A stretch of 64,000 nucleotides of DNA, from assembly GCA_964016885.1 (NCBI GenBank), contig OZ024745.1:63922001-63986000 (forward strand). Reading direction: 5' to 3'. The stretch is from Eledone cirrhosa. Lineage: Eukaryota. Within the stretch, counting starts at the first letter, position 1. Every line of letters begins with the position of its first letter. Below, one piece after another: positions 1 through 13,366 of this stretch. The notes beneath the pieces are model-generated. The model was not told where the DNA came from, searched no databases, and saw only the letters and a program-made list of their open reading frames with translations. The position numbers and the translations under genes were made by a program.

Positions 1-1757
1 CTCTGGTCGAGCAATCTTTGAAGTGTGGGGACAACTGGAAAGCTTCCATTACTCATACTTCTCGCCTTCTTCACTACCTCTTCTACGGCCTCGATATGAA
101 TGCCCCCTCCGCCTCCGTGGTATTTTTTTCGTGGTTATAAGAGGCTTAGCTCTGTTTCTCGACCGTTATATCGCGTGACTATCTCCCCCTCCGCCTTTTG
201 GGATTCTTTCTCACGTCGTGTAGACGCGTTCTTGAGACTAGTAAAATGAGGTATCCTCTTGATAAGTCGGCAGACCTCGCAAGGACTCTATATCTTTGAT
301 ATATTGTTTTTGTTTATGCCACGAAACTACGTAGTCGAGGAATTTAGGAACAGTTTAGGTATGATACATTTTATTACTAATTATATCTAAATGTTTCTTC
401 TCTCTTCATAATGTATTTTTAACTCTGATACTGGTTCAGTCTGGTTCAAACTGAATTGGTCTGTCCCAGTCATTCATTGAGCAACATCGGTGAAGTTGGC
501 ACCCTTAACTCACAGTTGGGTGCGGATGCATTCATGTATATATGTGTGTGTCCGCATGTATCTGTGTGTTTCTAAATGTATTAATAACTCCCTCTGGTCG
601 AGCAATCTTTGAAGTGTGGGGACAACTGGAAAGCTTCCATTACTCATACTTCTCGCCTTCTTCACTACCTCTTCTACGGCCTCGATATGAATGCCCCCTC
701 CGCCTCCGTGGTATTTTTTTCGTGGTTATAAGAGGCTTAGCTCTGTTTCTCGACCGTTATATCGCGTGACTATCTCCCCCTCCGCCTTTTGGGATTCTTT
801 CTCACGTCGTGTAGACGCGTTCTTGAGACTAGTAAAATGAGGTATCCTCTTGATAAGTCGGCAGACCTCGCAAGGACTCTATATCTTTGATATATTGTTT
901 TTGTTTATGCCACGAAACTACGTAGTCGAGGAATTTAGGAACAGTTTAGGTATGATACATTTTATTACTAATTATATCTAAATGTTTCTTCTCTCTTCAT
1001 AATGTATTTTTAACTCTGATACTGGTTCAGTCTGGTTCAAACTGAATTGGTCTGTCCCAGTCATTCATTGAGCAACATCGGTGAAGTTGGCACCCTTAAC
1101 TCACAGTTGGGTGCGGATGCATTCATGTATATATGTGTGTGTCCGCATGTATCTGTGTGTTTCTAAATGTATTAATAACTCCCTCTGGTCGAGCAATCTT
1201 TGAAGTGTGGGGACAACTGGAAAGCTTCCATTACTCATACTTCTCGCCTTCTTCACTACCTCTTCTACGGCCTCGATATGAATGCCCCCTCCGCCTCCGT
1301 GGTATTTTTTTCGTGGTTATAAGAGGCTTAGCTCTGTTTCTCGACCGTTATATCGCGTGACTATCTCCCCCTCCGCCTTTTGGGATTCTTTCTCACGTCG
1401 TGTAGACGCGTTCTTGAGACTAGTAAAATGAGGTATCCTCTTGATAAGTCGGCAGACCTCGCAAGGACTCTATATCTTTGATATATTGTTTTTGTTTATG
1501 CCACGAAACTACGTAGTCGAGGAATTTAGGAACAGTTTAGGTATGATACATTTTATTACTAATTATATCTAAATGTTTCTTCTCTCTTCATAATGTATTT
1601 TTAACTCTGATACTGGTTCAGTCTGGTTCAAACTGAATTGGTCTGTCCCAGTCATTCATTGAGCAACATCGGTGAAGTTGGCACCCTTAACTCACAGTTG
1701 GGTGCGGATGCATTCATGTATATATGTGTGTGTCCGCATGTATCTGTGTGTTTCTAA

Positions 1758-1760
<3 letters not shown>
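1..1760 (+). repeat. Tandem array of a 591-bp unit (~3 apparently identical copies, running off the left edge); hammerhead-bearing, retrozyme/Penelope pLTR-like
   Basis: CTCTGGTCGAGCAATC recurs at 1, 592 and 1183; identical spurious ORFs at 542 and 1133; array ends directly in (TA)n at ~1760. Confidence 0.95.
254..341 (+). ncRNA. Type I hammerhead ribozyme motif with variant core; copies at 845-932 and 1436-1523
   Basis: TCCTC-TTGATAA-GTCGGCA...TGCCAC-GAAA-CTACGTAG-TC-GAGGA: stem I TCCTC/GAGGA, stem II GGCA/TGCC, palindromic stem III, GUC site; core reads UUGAUAA instead of CUGAUGA. Confidence 0.65.
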
Positions 1761-1809
<49 letters not shown>

Positions 1810-3641
1810 TATTTTCGTTTTCTTTGTCGGTCACAAGAACCAAAAACTGAATGTTATCACCAGCGACATCTGCAAGCAAAGCGAGCACCTGCAAGCACAA
1901 GTGCTTCCCCATCTTGATTCAATATCAGGAATTATGTGGCTGGAATTTTTTCAAAATTCTTCTTTTTTTTTTAACACGCTTTTTTAATTCGTAACAGTAG
2001 GAATATGAGAAAATCTTTTAGGTAGTCCTGGTCCAGATAATGAAAGAGCCTCTACCTATTGAGCTATTAGAAATAACAACTAAATCTCTCTCAAATTACA
2101 CCCTGTCATCTTTAAAATACACTGGACTTCAGACATTATAAGCATACACAAAGAAGCAAAATCACGACCGGAACTTACTTTAGCATAGGTGTATTCTATT
2201 AGGCATGAAATAGAGTTAAATCTAAAAACAACACCAATCCTTCGTTTTCGATAGGATTTTCCTCATCTTTTAAATAACAATTGCAATTTTCAAATAAAAT
2301 TCCGATTTCTTGATTCAATTTAAATGTCCAGACATTTTTACCCTACGTTCTCTTAATTATGAATAACAAAGGAACCACAATGTTGCTCCAACAATTATAT
2401 AACCTTGGGTTACCTCCCGTAATGATGTAATATATGAGTACCTTGGATTACTTTATTTAATATGTACATTACTAACTTAATACAACAGAATGCGATTTAA
2501 GGGAGATTTGCTGCTATTTTCTAGCTTGTCAACGACCATCTAGAGGCTTACTTGCTTCGAAAAATACAAACAGGCCCCCGGTGCTGTTTACAATCAAAGT
2601 AGATTTGCATTGTGCGTTTTCCTATTAGATACAGATTTCTAACTTGGGGCCTAAACCAACAAATTTGAGGGAAGGAAAGATTGACTAATTCAGCTCCTAG
2701 GTATTTTCTTTTCTCGACCCAGCATTTAAATCGGCGGAATTTGAAGTTAATATGTAAAGAATTAGAACAATACCACAATGATATTTTACCCGACACTAAA
2801 CTAAGTTTCTAGTTATATATAATGAATGTAAGACGCGTCAATTGTTTTTTTACAAATTATCTCTTTATTACTTACACTGACCAACACACAGTTTGCTTCC
2901 TAAGTTACAAGAAATGTTGGTTATGTTTGGAGCACTAATTCCATATATTCCAAATATTCTAGATTTACTCTGTCACATCTACATTTGTAGGTACATCATG
3001 TCCGTTTGTATGATTATGTATCCCCTGCTCCGAAAGCTGATATTGGGGTATCCACAAGCAACTCACATTTTGGTCATTAAAACCTTAGACATTTTTTATT
3101 ATATATATTTTGAACCGCTGATACTAAAAGTGGTACCAGTTATTCTATGTCAGTTGCAATTAATTCATCCCTGCTAATTTGTCTCAGAAATAACCAAAAA
3201 ATAATTATTAATTTATTGCATATAATTAAAGTAATTGATTATATTGAATGAGATTTGTTTGCATTTTAGTTCTCAGAATTATATATTCACTTGAACTTAA
3301 TGAGCATTCACTGAAGCTACAAAATAGTTATTTTAAGTAGGAGGTAATTTCTTTATTTTCATTTAAATGTCCGCTTGACACTTTATTCTTTGCTTTTTAC
3401 ATCTTATATTTCTTATCATTGCTACCACATAACTTCCTGAAACATCGTATGTTACTTCCGGTGCACAGAACAGTGTGAAGGCGTTCAAAAACATGTATCT
3501 GGTTGTCGGCTCCTGCAACAATATTGCTTTGCCTCAAACTATAAATAATACGCACCACTTCCACAGCTACACAAGCACACAAAAACATACGTACACCGTT
3601 ACCCACGCAGGCACACAAATATACATTTATCTACGTAATAT

Positions 3642-3723
<82 letters not shown>

Positions 3724-3726
<3 letters not shown>

Positions 3727-4133
3727 GGAGGTGAGTTTTATTGTAGTACAATAAAGCAATGCAGATATCGGATAAGAAGCACTCTACAGTTTGTAGGACT
3801 GGAGTATACATAATATAAGATCAAAAGATGGTTAAAGGAGTTCCATGTATTTTATTATGCGCATTTCAAAAACAAACATCATCATGCAATAATATTTGTG
3901 TTTTCATCAGATAAAACAGGAGAACATGATATGAAGGCTAAAAAACACTTGTGGATAGTGCAGTTTTAAATCAACAGATCCACATAACTGCACTATCCAC
4001 AAGTGTTTTTTAGCCTTCATATCATGTTCTCCTGTTTTATCTGATGAAAACACAAATATTATTGCATGATGATGTTTGTTTTTGAAATGCGCATAATAAA
4101 ATACATGGAACTCCTTTAACCATCTTTTGATCT

Positions 4134-4140
<7 letters not shown>
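3724..4140 (-). mobile_element. Penelope-like terminal fragment (family A) with fold-back inversion, inside (TA)n
   Basis: ~3811-3965 is the reverse complement of ~3986-4140; hammerhead in both arms; (TA)n on both flanks; second copy at 4887-5318. Confidence 0.75.
4035..4101 (+). ncRNA. Type I hammerhead ribozyme (mirror copy 3850-3916 on minus)
   Basis: TTTTAT-CTGATGA-AAAC...GTTTTT-GAAA-TGCGCA-TA-ATAAAA: canonical core, stem I TTTTAT/ATAAAA, palindromic stem III. Confidence 0.8.
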
Positions 4141-4199
<59 letters not shown>

Positions 4200-4381
4200 G
4201 TGTGCCTGTGTGTGTGTGTGCATAAATATATGTGCATGTGTATGCACACATATATAATTGTGTTGATTTTCGTGATAGGAGTAGATGCCCTATCATTAAT
4301 ACATCTCACAATTCTCATGAAATACACCCACTTAGGAATTCAATAAAATGTGCATAAGCTTTAGTTGTAAATTTCAGTTAA

Positions 4382-4414
<33 letters not shown>

Positions 4415-4507
4415 CTTACATACAAACCCACAACATATACACGCGCACACACACACACATTTATATGTATATATATATATATGTATATATATATATGTAT
4501 GTATATA

Positions 4508-4539
<32 letters not shown>

Positions 4540-4596
4540 CATTTCTATACCTTTCATTTATATATATATATATATATATACATTTCTATACCTTTC

Positions 4597-4642
<46 letters not shown>

Positions 4643-4655
4643 TTCTATACCTTTC

Positions 4656-5352
<697 letters not shown>

Positions 5353-5930
5353 ATAAATACGCTTATATATATATACATTCTATTATTCTATTATTCCATT
5401 ACGTATGCCAGCCGAGAGGCTGAGGCCATGCTGTGGCACTGCCATTAATGTTACACTTTCTTGGTTTCCCATTGATGCAACGGGGAGTGTGTTGCTGCCA
5501 CCCTTATTTGACAGACTAAGCAACGGGGAAATCCCAGAATTACATGATCTCGTTATTTCGCCTTTAAACAAACTATTGTTTTATTGTATTTCCCGAAGAG
5601 ATATGGCTTGGAGTAAAGCCCCCATAATGGAGTTACTTAACTGATAATTTTCGGGTTATTTCCTCCACAATTTGTGAAATATTCTAGTTGCATTGAAACT
5701 TTCGCAGATGTATAAATAACAATAATATTACTCCTCGGTTTTTCTGAATTTTGAATTATATATATATATAAACATAAATATATATTAGAAAATATATAGC
5801 TTTCACCGTATTTTTAACTAAAGGAATTTTAGCTTTTTCCATTTATCTGAGGGTTCTAAACCCCGTTATCAAGCTAAAATTCCTTTCTAATTTCAAACTC
5901 GCTCACTGTTTCAAAACATACTTACTTGCC

Positions 5931-6001
<71 letters not shown>

Positions 6002-6212
6002 TACATATATCCTTTGTCAGTGTTGAACAAACGAGCAACGATGGTTGCTGGACACTACGGCTTAATACGGGATGTTTGTTTACAAACACACCGAGCATTA
6101 TAATAAATGTTCGGTGAATCCATACGTACATATATATATGTGTGCATGTATGTGTATATATATACGTACTACTGTACGTCTGTATACATATATGTATGTA
6201 TGTGTACATACT

Positions 6213-6252
<40 letters not shown>

Positions 6253-6315
6253 CGCGTGTCTGTGTGTGTTTATGTGTAAAACAGAAATAACAACAGAATC
6301 GGTACAGTATATGGA

Positions 6316-6349
<34 letters not shown>

Positions 6350-6577
6350 ATTGTGAGTGTGTGTGTGTGTGTGCGCGTGTGTCTGTGTGTGTTTATGTGT
6401 GTGTACATATGTTATGGTCCACCCGTTAACTTACCTCCACCTCTTTGTTACAAATATATATATCTCTAGTTCCTCAGAGAAATAACAACACAACCAGGAG
6501 CTGGACATATGGATGTATTGACGAAGTAAAACACACTTCAACAACATGTGTACCTGTCTTTCCCACACCAATTCGGA

Positions 6578-6630
6578 CTGCCTGAAGAAGTCACAGCCAA
6601 TGATGGCTGTTAACGAAATATATATAGTAT
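6578..6630 (+). ncRNA. Probable type I hammerhead within a Penelope-like fragment (~6410-6768)
   Basis: TGC-CTGAAGA-AGTCACAGCCA..TGGCTGTTAAC-GAAA-TATATA-TA-GTA; 7-bp stem II, weak stem I. Confidence 0.5.
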
Positions 6631-6763
6631 ATCTATAATTTATAACAAACGAAACCAAATTTTACATATTTTACATTACTCCGGAGTAAACAAACTAACC
6701 TGCCTACTTCGTCGAGTACTCCAATCTGCATACTGAGGTGTCGGTAAACAACCAACATATACT

Positions 6764-6845
<82 letters not shown>

Positions 6846-6883
6846 TTGGGGAAGGTCATATTGTTGTAATAATATTGCCATAA

Positions 6884-7072
6884 ATAATTGTTTCTACCTT
6901 TGGCACAAGGCCAGCAAATTATCCAGTGCATTACTGGTACTTTATTTTATCGACCCCGTAAGGATAAAATGCAAAGTTAACCTCGGCGGAATTTGAACTC
7001 AGATTGGAAAGGGCCGTAACTCTATGCATCAAAGCATGGCGTTTGACCCTCTACCGATACTGCCAATCCACC
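6884..7072 (-). mobile_element. tRNA-derived SINE (major family)
   Basis: Reverse complement of GGATTGGCAGTATCGGTAGAG...GAGTTCAAATYCCGCCGAGG...GGGGTCGATAAAATAAAGTACCAG...GTAGAAACAATTATT; A/B-box-like head. Confidence 0.85.
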
Positions 7073-7204
7073 AGAAATAATTGTTTCTTAACAGAACACA
7101 CTCACTGTTTGGTTGGTTTTCGCTTCTGTATCTTTTATATCTCCCTAGTTAATTTATTTCGCAATCAGTGTTTATCATTGATTGAGCAACGGTTAAAAAT
7201 ACAG

Positions 7205-7265
<61 letters not shown>

Positions 7266-7267
<2 letters not shown>

Positions 7268-7454
7268 AACGAGTAGGACCCCGACGGCTGAGCTCAAGCC
7301 GTTTCGACGGCTAATTCTGGACTGAATTACCCGTCGAAACGGCTTGAGCTCAGCCGTCGGGGTCCTACTCGTTCCTATTACCCACTCTACTACCCTAAGT
7401 ATTGAGTACTTTGGTGCGTTATAGTCCACCTGGTTCCTTACCACATTTCCTTCG

Positions 7455-7456
<2 letters not shown>
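7266..7456 (+). mobile_element. Family B Penelope-like 3' end with fold-back inversion, inside (TA)n
   Basis: Palindrome 7266-7377; hammerhead 3' half GAAAC-GGCTTGAGCTCAGCC-GTC-GGGG; homologues at 26097, 51758, 52200 and 55325. Confidence 0.75.
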
Positions 7457-7544
<88 letters not shown>

Positions 7545-7709
7545 AATATATATATATATATATAGTCTATAAGTTCTTTCGTTGCATATCTGCAACATCA
7601 TCAGTGGTACTATTATCATGTTCCCTCCTATTGTATTGTAATGTTTACGCCATATTTATTTTATTTATTTATTTATGTTTGTCTCCGTCTCTGCGCACGC
7701 ACACACACC

Positions 7710-7766
<57 letters not shown>

Positions 7767-7767
7767 A

Positions 7768-7800
<33 letters not shown>

Positions 7801-7870
7801 GCATAGTTTTCCGTATGTACTTTGGTCTATACTAATCAGAATGTAATATTCATTATATATATATATATAT

Positions 7871-8868
7871 AACCTGGAAATTTTTTATCCCAAATTGGAG
7901 AAATCTTATAACGAAACGGCCGTCTGGAAGGAAAGAGATATTTATTTAATAATGTCTCATATAAAATAATACAGCTATCCACGAAATACTGATTAGTCAC
8001 CCAAACACTAAATTGGGAAAATACTTAAGTATATCCTAATGTTTGTATAGTGAGATGGAGTTGGTCAGAGTATCGCTTAAGGCTTTCTCTGTTAATGTAT
8101 TGAATATATACTCTTGGTGGCCAGATAGGATTTCCAGATATAAGGTATGACTCTCTTTATTATTATTATTTTTTATATGAAATACTGATTGATCTTCCTT
8201 ATATCCCATGTCTGATTTAGCCTTAGAGAATGGCTATGTGTGTATATGGGTGATCCATACATGTATTTATTATGTTTTAATATATCTATGTGTGCATTGA
8301 TTGTGTATACATAAAGTTATTCTTTTAATATCCAATTGAGTTCTTATACACGTGGTTAATACCTAACAGGTTTAAATGACCAGCGTGTATATTGTTTTAT
8401 GTTTTAAGATGGCCTCCCCTTACCCTCTTGGGGGCAGCGTGTATTTTATCTTTGGGCGGACTGCTGGATTTTCGAATCTACCAGTCTCTTCTTAGCGCCG
8501 AGGGAGACCATCACTAATCTATTAATGTCTATATAATTCTTATATCGATATTATTTGGGCATCCACTGATGAGTTTATAAGAAGCCGCTTGTGTATAAAA
8601 CTATGGATTATATACAAGTTTCTACATAACCTGGAAATTATGTATCCCAAATTGTAGAAATCTTATAACGAAACGGCCGTCTGGAAGGAAAGAGATATTT
8701 ATTTAATAATGTCTCATATAAAATAATACAACCAGCTATCCACGAAATACTGATTAGTTAGCAGCCCAAACACTAAATTGGGATAATACTTAGGTATATC
8801 CTAATGTTTGTTGAGTGAAATGGAGTTGGTCAGAGTATCGCTTAAGGCTTTCACTGTTAATGTATTGA

Positions 8869-8870
<2 letters not shown>
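7871..8870 (+). mobile_element. Family D Penelope-like partial tandem (period ~757 bp)
   Basis: 7871-8108 is repeated at ~8628-8870; complete hammerhead at 8562-8685; (TA)n flanks; decayed P-N-G-L-N-like codons near 8361-8380. Confidence 0.7.
8562..8685 (+). ncRNA. Type I hammerhead ribozyme with extended stem II
   Basis: TCCA-CTGATGA-GTTTATAAG...CTTATAAC-GAAA-CGGCCG-TC-TGGA; fully canonical core and GUC site. Confidence 0.85.
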
Positions 8871-8907
<37 letters not shown>

Positions 8908-8994
8908 GTGTGTATGTATGTGTATATATATGTGTGTATCTATGTGTATATATATATATATATGTATGTATGTGTATATATATATATATATATG

Positions 8995-9039
<45 letters not shown>

Positions 9040-9041
<2 letters not shown>

Positions 9042-9521
9042 GGAATAGAATGAAACGAAATTTCATTTCTCACTCTTTGTACGGCATTTACTTAAATGTA
9101 AGTATGTATGTATGTATACGTACATACATATATGTATACAGACGTACAGTAGTATGTATATATACATATACATACATGCACATATATATATATGCACGTA
9201 TCGGTTTACCGAACATTTATTATAATCAGACGTTCAACCATCTGGCAGGAAGGTATACGATGATGTCGATAGCTAATAAGCTTGAAACTAGTACATCGTT
9301 CCTGTGTCAGTGTTGAACAAAAAGGTGACGTGGTTGCCTAAACACTGTACGGCGTAATTCGGGCTGTTTGTTTGTTTACAAACAAACCAAGCATTATAAT
9401 AAATGTTCGGTAAACCCATACGTGCATATATATATGTGTGCATGTATGTATATATATATATACATACTACTGTACGTCTGTATACATATATGTATGTACG
9501 TATACATACATACATACTTAC

Positions 9522-9525
<4 letters not shown>
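9040..9525 (+). mobile_element. Family E repeat with internal inversion and decayed hammerhead (9257-9299); relatives at ~6015-6210, 31100-32070 and 46005-46200
   Basis: Shared blocks ACGAAATTTCATTTCTCACTCT and ACTACTGTACGTCTGTATACAT in both orientations. Confidence 0.65.
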
Positions 9526-9606
<81 letters not shown>

Positions 9607-9607
<1 letters not shown>

Positions 9608-10194
9608 GTTATTCCGGGTTGAATCGGAGGTAACCACAGTAAGTAAGGTACTCAATACATAGCAGAGTATAAAAGTTTTAATATAGATGAGATTCTACAG
9701 GACTAGAACTGTTTCATTCTTTAGAAATCATCAGGAATCTGGGTATCAAAAAATAAAAATGGTATTTATAGGTCTCTACAAGTGGTAGGAGAGGGTGGGG
9801 AGTGAAATGGGTGTAGGTCAGCTTTTAAAGAATCTCCCTTTTCTTTTATTCTATCTACCATGACCGACCCCCCACTGATTTTATAGACATCTGTTAGCTT
9901 AAGAGAAACTTAATGACAAGGAATGGTATGCCATCCGGAACCTGTTTATAGAATTCTGTCTGCCTTTGTTACTCTAAAAACATAAATAAATAAAAATAAA
10001 CTATAGCTTTGTAGAATTAGCTTTTAATGAATTCCCTTTTCTATCAACCAATGACCTACACCCATTCCACTCCCCACCCTCTCCTACCACTTGTAGAGAC
10101 CTATAAATACCATTTTTATTTTTTGATACCCAGATTCCTGATGATTTCTAAAGAATGAAACAGTTCTAGTCCTGTAGAATCTCATCTATATTAA

Positions 10195-10197
<3 letters not shown>
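9607..10197 (-). mobile_element. Family C Penelope-like 3' end with inverted arm, inside (TA)n
   Basis: ~9675-9860 is inverted at ~10030-10197; hammerheads at 9691-9739 (-) and 10133-10181 (+); 9607-9770 nearly identical to 16497-16660. Confidence 0.75.
10133..10181 (+). ncRNA. Minimal type I hammerhead ribozyme (family C)
   Basis: GATTC-CTGATGA-TTTCTAAAGAAT-GAAA-CAG-TTCTAGTC-CTG-TA-GAATC; canonical core, GUA site. Confidence 0.85.
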
Positions 10198-10280
<83 letters not shown>

Positions 10281-11083
10281 ATATATATGTGTGTGTCTGT
10301 ATGTATGTATGTATCTATATGAACAAAGTAGTTTTCTACGTATACATGAAAAAGGCAAAAACAAATGCTGGGTTATATTCAATTGGATAGGTTAGTAAAA
10401 TATTAAGTGGTAGATGATTCCTGTTAAAATAGATAAGGATGAGCGACAACAAAATAATATATCTATGATCAGATGCAGTTAGAAAGGATTTAGATGTTTA
10501 GTGAACTGTGAAGAAAGGGGAAAGAATATAAGCGTGTATGAAATAAAGCAGGAAGAGTAGGATAAAGTAGTGGGGAGAAAAAAACATATAAATGTGAGTA
10601 ACTTTTTTCGCGATATCCAACCAAGTCTTGAGTACTTTCAAAGTGGCCTCTAGTGCATAACTATAGTTGCATGCACACAAATAGGCGCCCACGCACACAC
10701 GCTCACACACACACACACACACACACGCGCGCGCACATCACACTCACACATACACACATAATTATATGTGTGTGTGTTTCTGTGAGTGTGTTTGTGGATG
10801 TATATATATATATATATATATATATTGTATGTGTTTGTGTGTTTCTGTGTGTGAACATTAATATTGTTAATGTTTGTTCATTCATGTGAGCATTATCAGT
10901 TGGAAGAGTACACGAAGAAAAGTTCATAAAGTTTTGAATGAATCACTCTAAACTTTATATATTAGCAATATATATGATTAAGTTCCATTTGCGATCACCA
11001 AAGTGGCCAAATGCACTGCAAATCAAACAGAATTATCTAACATATTTTATCTAATCTACTGCTCATGTCTGCTTAATTATTGG

Positions 11084-11151
<68 letters not shown>

Positions 11152-11157
11152 CATATA

Positions 11158-11223
<66 letters not shown>

Positions 11224-11319
11224 TAGATAGATAGATAGATTTACTTCTAGTATTCTAGATATAAATTACTGTGTGCGTGTATTTTGTACATACACAATTA
11301 TATGCATATATACATATAA

Positions 11320-11762
11320 GCACATCTAAACCCCGAAACCTACACTCCCATTCTCGGGACAGTGTGAGTTTATCTTTAGAACTGCTGGGAAAACAACCTA
11401 ACAGCTCCATCAAACACTGATTATCGCTAAATATTGATGTTGATTTGGTTTTTCAATATTAATATTATTGGGTTACCCACTGAAGATTTATAAGGGCCCA
11501 CTTGAATACGTATCTGTTGATCTTATACAAGCTTCTACATAACTTGGTATATTTTCACCCAACTTGTAGAAATCTTATAATGAAACGAGTCGTCTGGGAA
11601 ATGATATATTTGATATATCTCATATGAAATAATACAGCCAATTAACCACACAATACAATATAGTTAGCACCCCAAACGTTTAATTGGGAATATACTCAGG
11701 TATTTCTCAATGTTTGTTGAGTGAGTTGGAATTTGGCCGGAGTATCGCTATTAGCTTTCTCC
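11320..11762 (+). mobile_element. Diverged family D element with hammerhead at 11476-11598
   Basis: CCCA-CTGAAGA-TTTATAAG...CTTATAAT-GAAA-CGAGTCG-TC-TGGG; downstream sequence aligns with 8690-8850. Confidence 0.7.
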
Positions 11763-11763
11763 G

Positions 11764-11798
<35 letters not shown>

Positions 11799-11807
11799 CA
11801 ATACATA

Positions 11808-11970
11808 TAATTGTTTCTACTTTTGGAACAAGGCCAGCAATTACTGGTACTTTATTTCATCGACCCCGTAAGGATGAAAAGCAAAGTTAACCTCGGCGGG
11901 ATTTGAACTCAGAGCATAAAGAGACGTAACTCTATGCTGCAAAGCATGGCGTTCGCCCCTTTACTGATAC
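11808..11970 (-). mobile_element. tRNA-derived SINE
   Basis: Same family as 6884-7072. Confidence 0.85.
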
Positions 11971-12417
11971 AATGATACATATTTTGATTTTTTATATAGC
12001 GCTCTGTTTGAAGCATGCGATACCATATTCCTAGCCATCAATAAAAAATATTAGTGGAAGCCCAATATATTTATTGCTGGAAAACATTTTTTCTTTACTT
12101 ATTGAAAAAGTGTCTGCCCTTCTAATCCAGAAATACAGGGATTCGAAATAAGTATTGTTTCATCTTCATGGATGAATAATTAAATTGAAACATATTTATT
12201 AATTGTATTCATTAACGGCTATTATGGTGTGGTATGAATATATATCTCTTGAAGGAGTCGTACGTGCGCCATATTGCCATACGGCGTTTATTATGGCATT
12301 CATAAACCAGCCGGAGCCTATCCCCTCTCCAAGCCTGAGTACAGCAAATTTCTTCCGGGAAAGGAAAGAGAGTGAGGGAAAGGAAGTGAGAAAAAGATAA
12401 ATAGGAAGAATCCACCT

Positions 12418-12570
12418 CCAGTACTAGACTGGTAGTTTTTTTATCAACCTCGAATGGATAAAATGCAAAGTTGACCTCGACGGGATTTGAAATGAGTGAG
12501 CAGAGAACCTCAACGAATACCGCAAAGCATTCTATCCGACGTTTGAATGGTTCATCCAAATCCTCGCGTT
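12418..12570 (-). mobile_element. Diverged tRNA-derived SINE
   Basis: GGATAAAATGCAAAGTTGACCTCGACGGGATTTGAA matches the SINE core. Confidence 0.6.
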
Positions 12571-12805
12571 ATAACAGCATATATATATTCGATCTAAATT
12601 CTAATGATATTTATAATAAAATTAATTATCAAAACCTCCGTATCTAATTGTCAATATAAATTTATTTTACTTCAAATTGAATGTTGAATTATAAATTCTC
12701 TGTTCCTTCGATCCCGAAGAGCGACGGGTAAAAATGTGCATTGAGCTTAACTCATCTTACCAATGAAAATAGTGTACTATTACACTATAACCTCATATAT
12801 ATATT

Positions 12806-12980
12806 GGGTTCAATCGGGGGTAACCACAGTAAGCAAGGTAATCAATACATAGCAGAGTATAAATATTTAATATAGAAATGGCTTCTATAGGACTAGAACT
12901 GTTTCATTCGGGAAAAATCATCAAGAAGTCCTCATGATGATTTCTCCCGAATGAAACAGTTCTAGTCCTGTAGAAGCCAC

Positions 12981-12983
<3 letters not shown>
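12806..12983 (-). mobile_element. Family C short fold-back element
   Basis: GGTAACCACAGTAAG terminus; palindrome ~12878-12980 turning just 5' of the hammerhead core. Confidence 0.75.
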
Positions 12984-13015
<32 letters not shown>

Positions 13016-13259
13016 GAGAAGTGCGCTTAGTTGGGTCCTCCTCATAAGGCGTGTATATTGCCACATCGAAGCACGTATTTGATGGGCGTATATACACATT
13101 TTCACATAATAGTTTTCTGAAATGAACATACTAATTAGCCTATAATTAGCACTCGTGTTGGAGGTTCATTGAAATATATATTGAGAAATGCCAAAGTGTA
13201 TGATAGGGGTATATCTGTATATATACAGAGTGAGTGATCCAACCTATGTCAATTTGCGC

Positions 13260-13366
<107 letters not shown>

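Noticed and set aside
542-1360. Identical 75-aa ORFs at 542 and 1133
   Set aside because: By-product of the 591-bp tandem; spans the unit junction and has no recognisable domain
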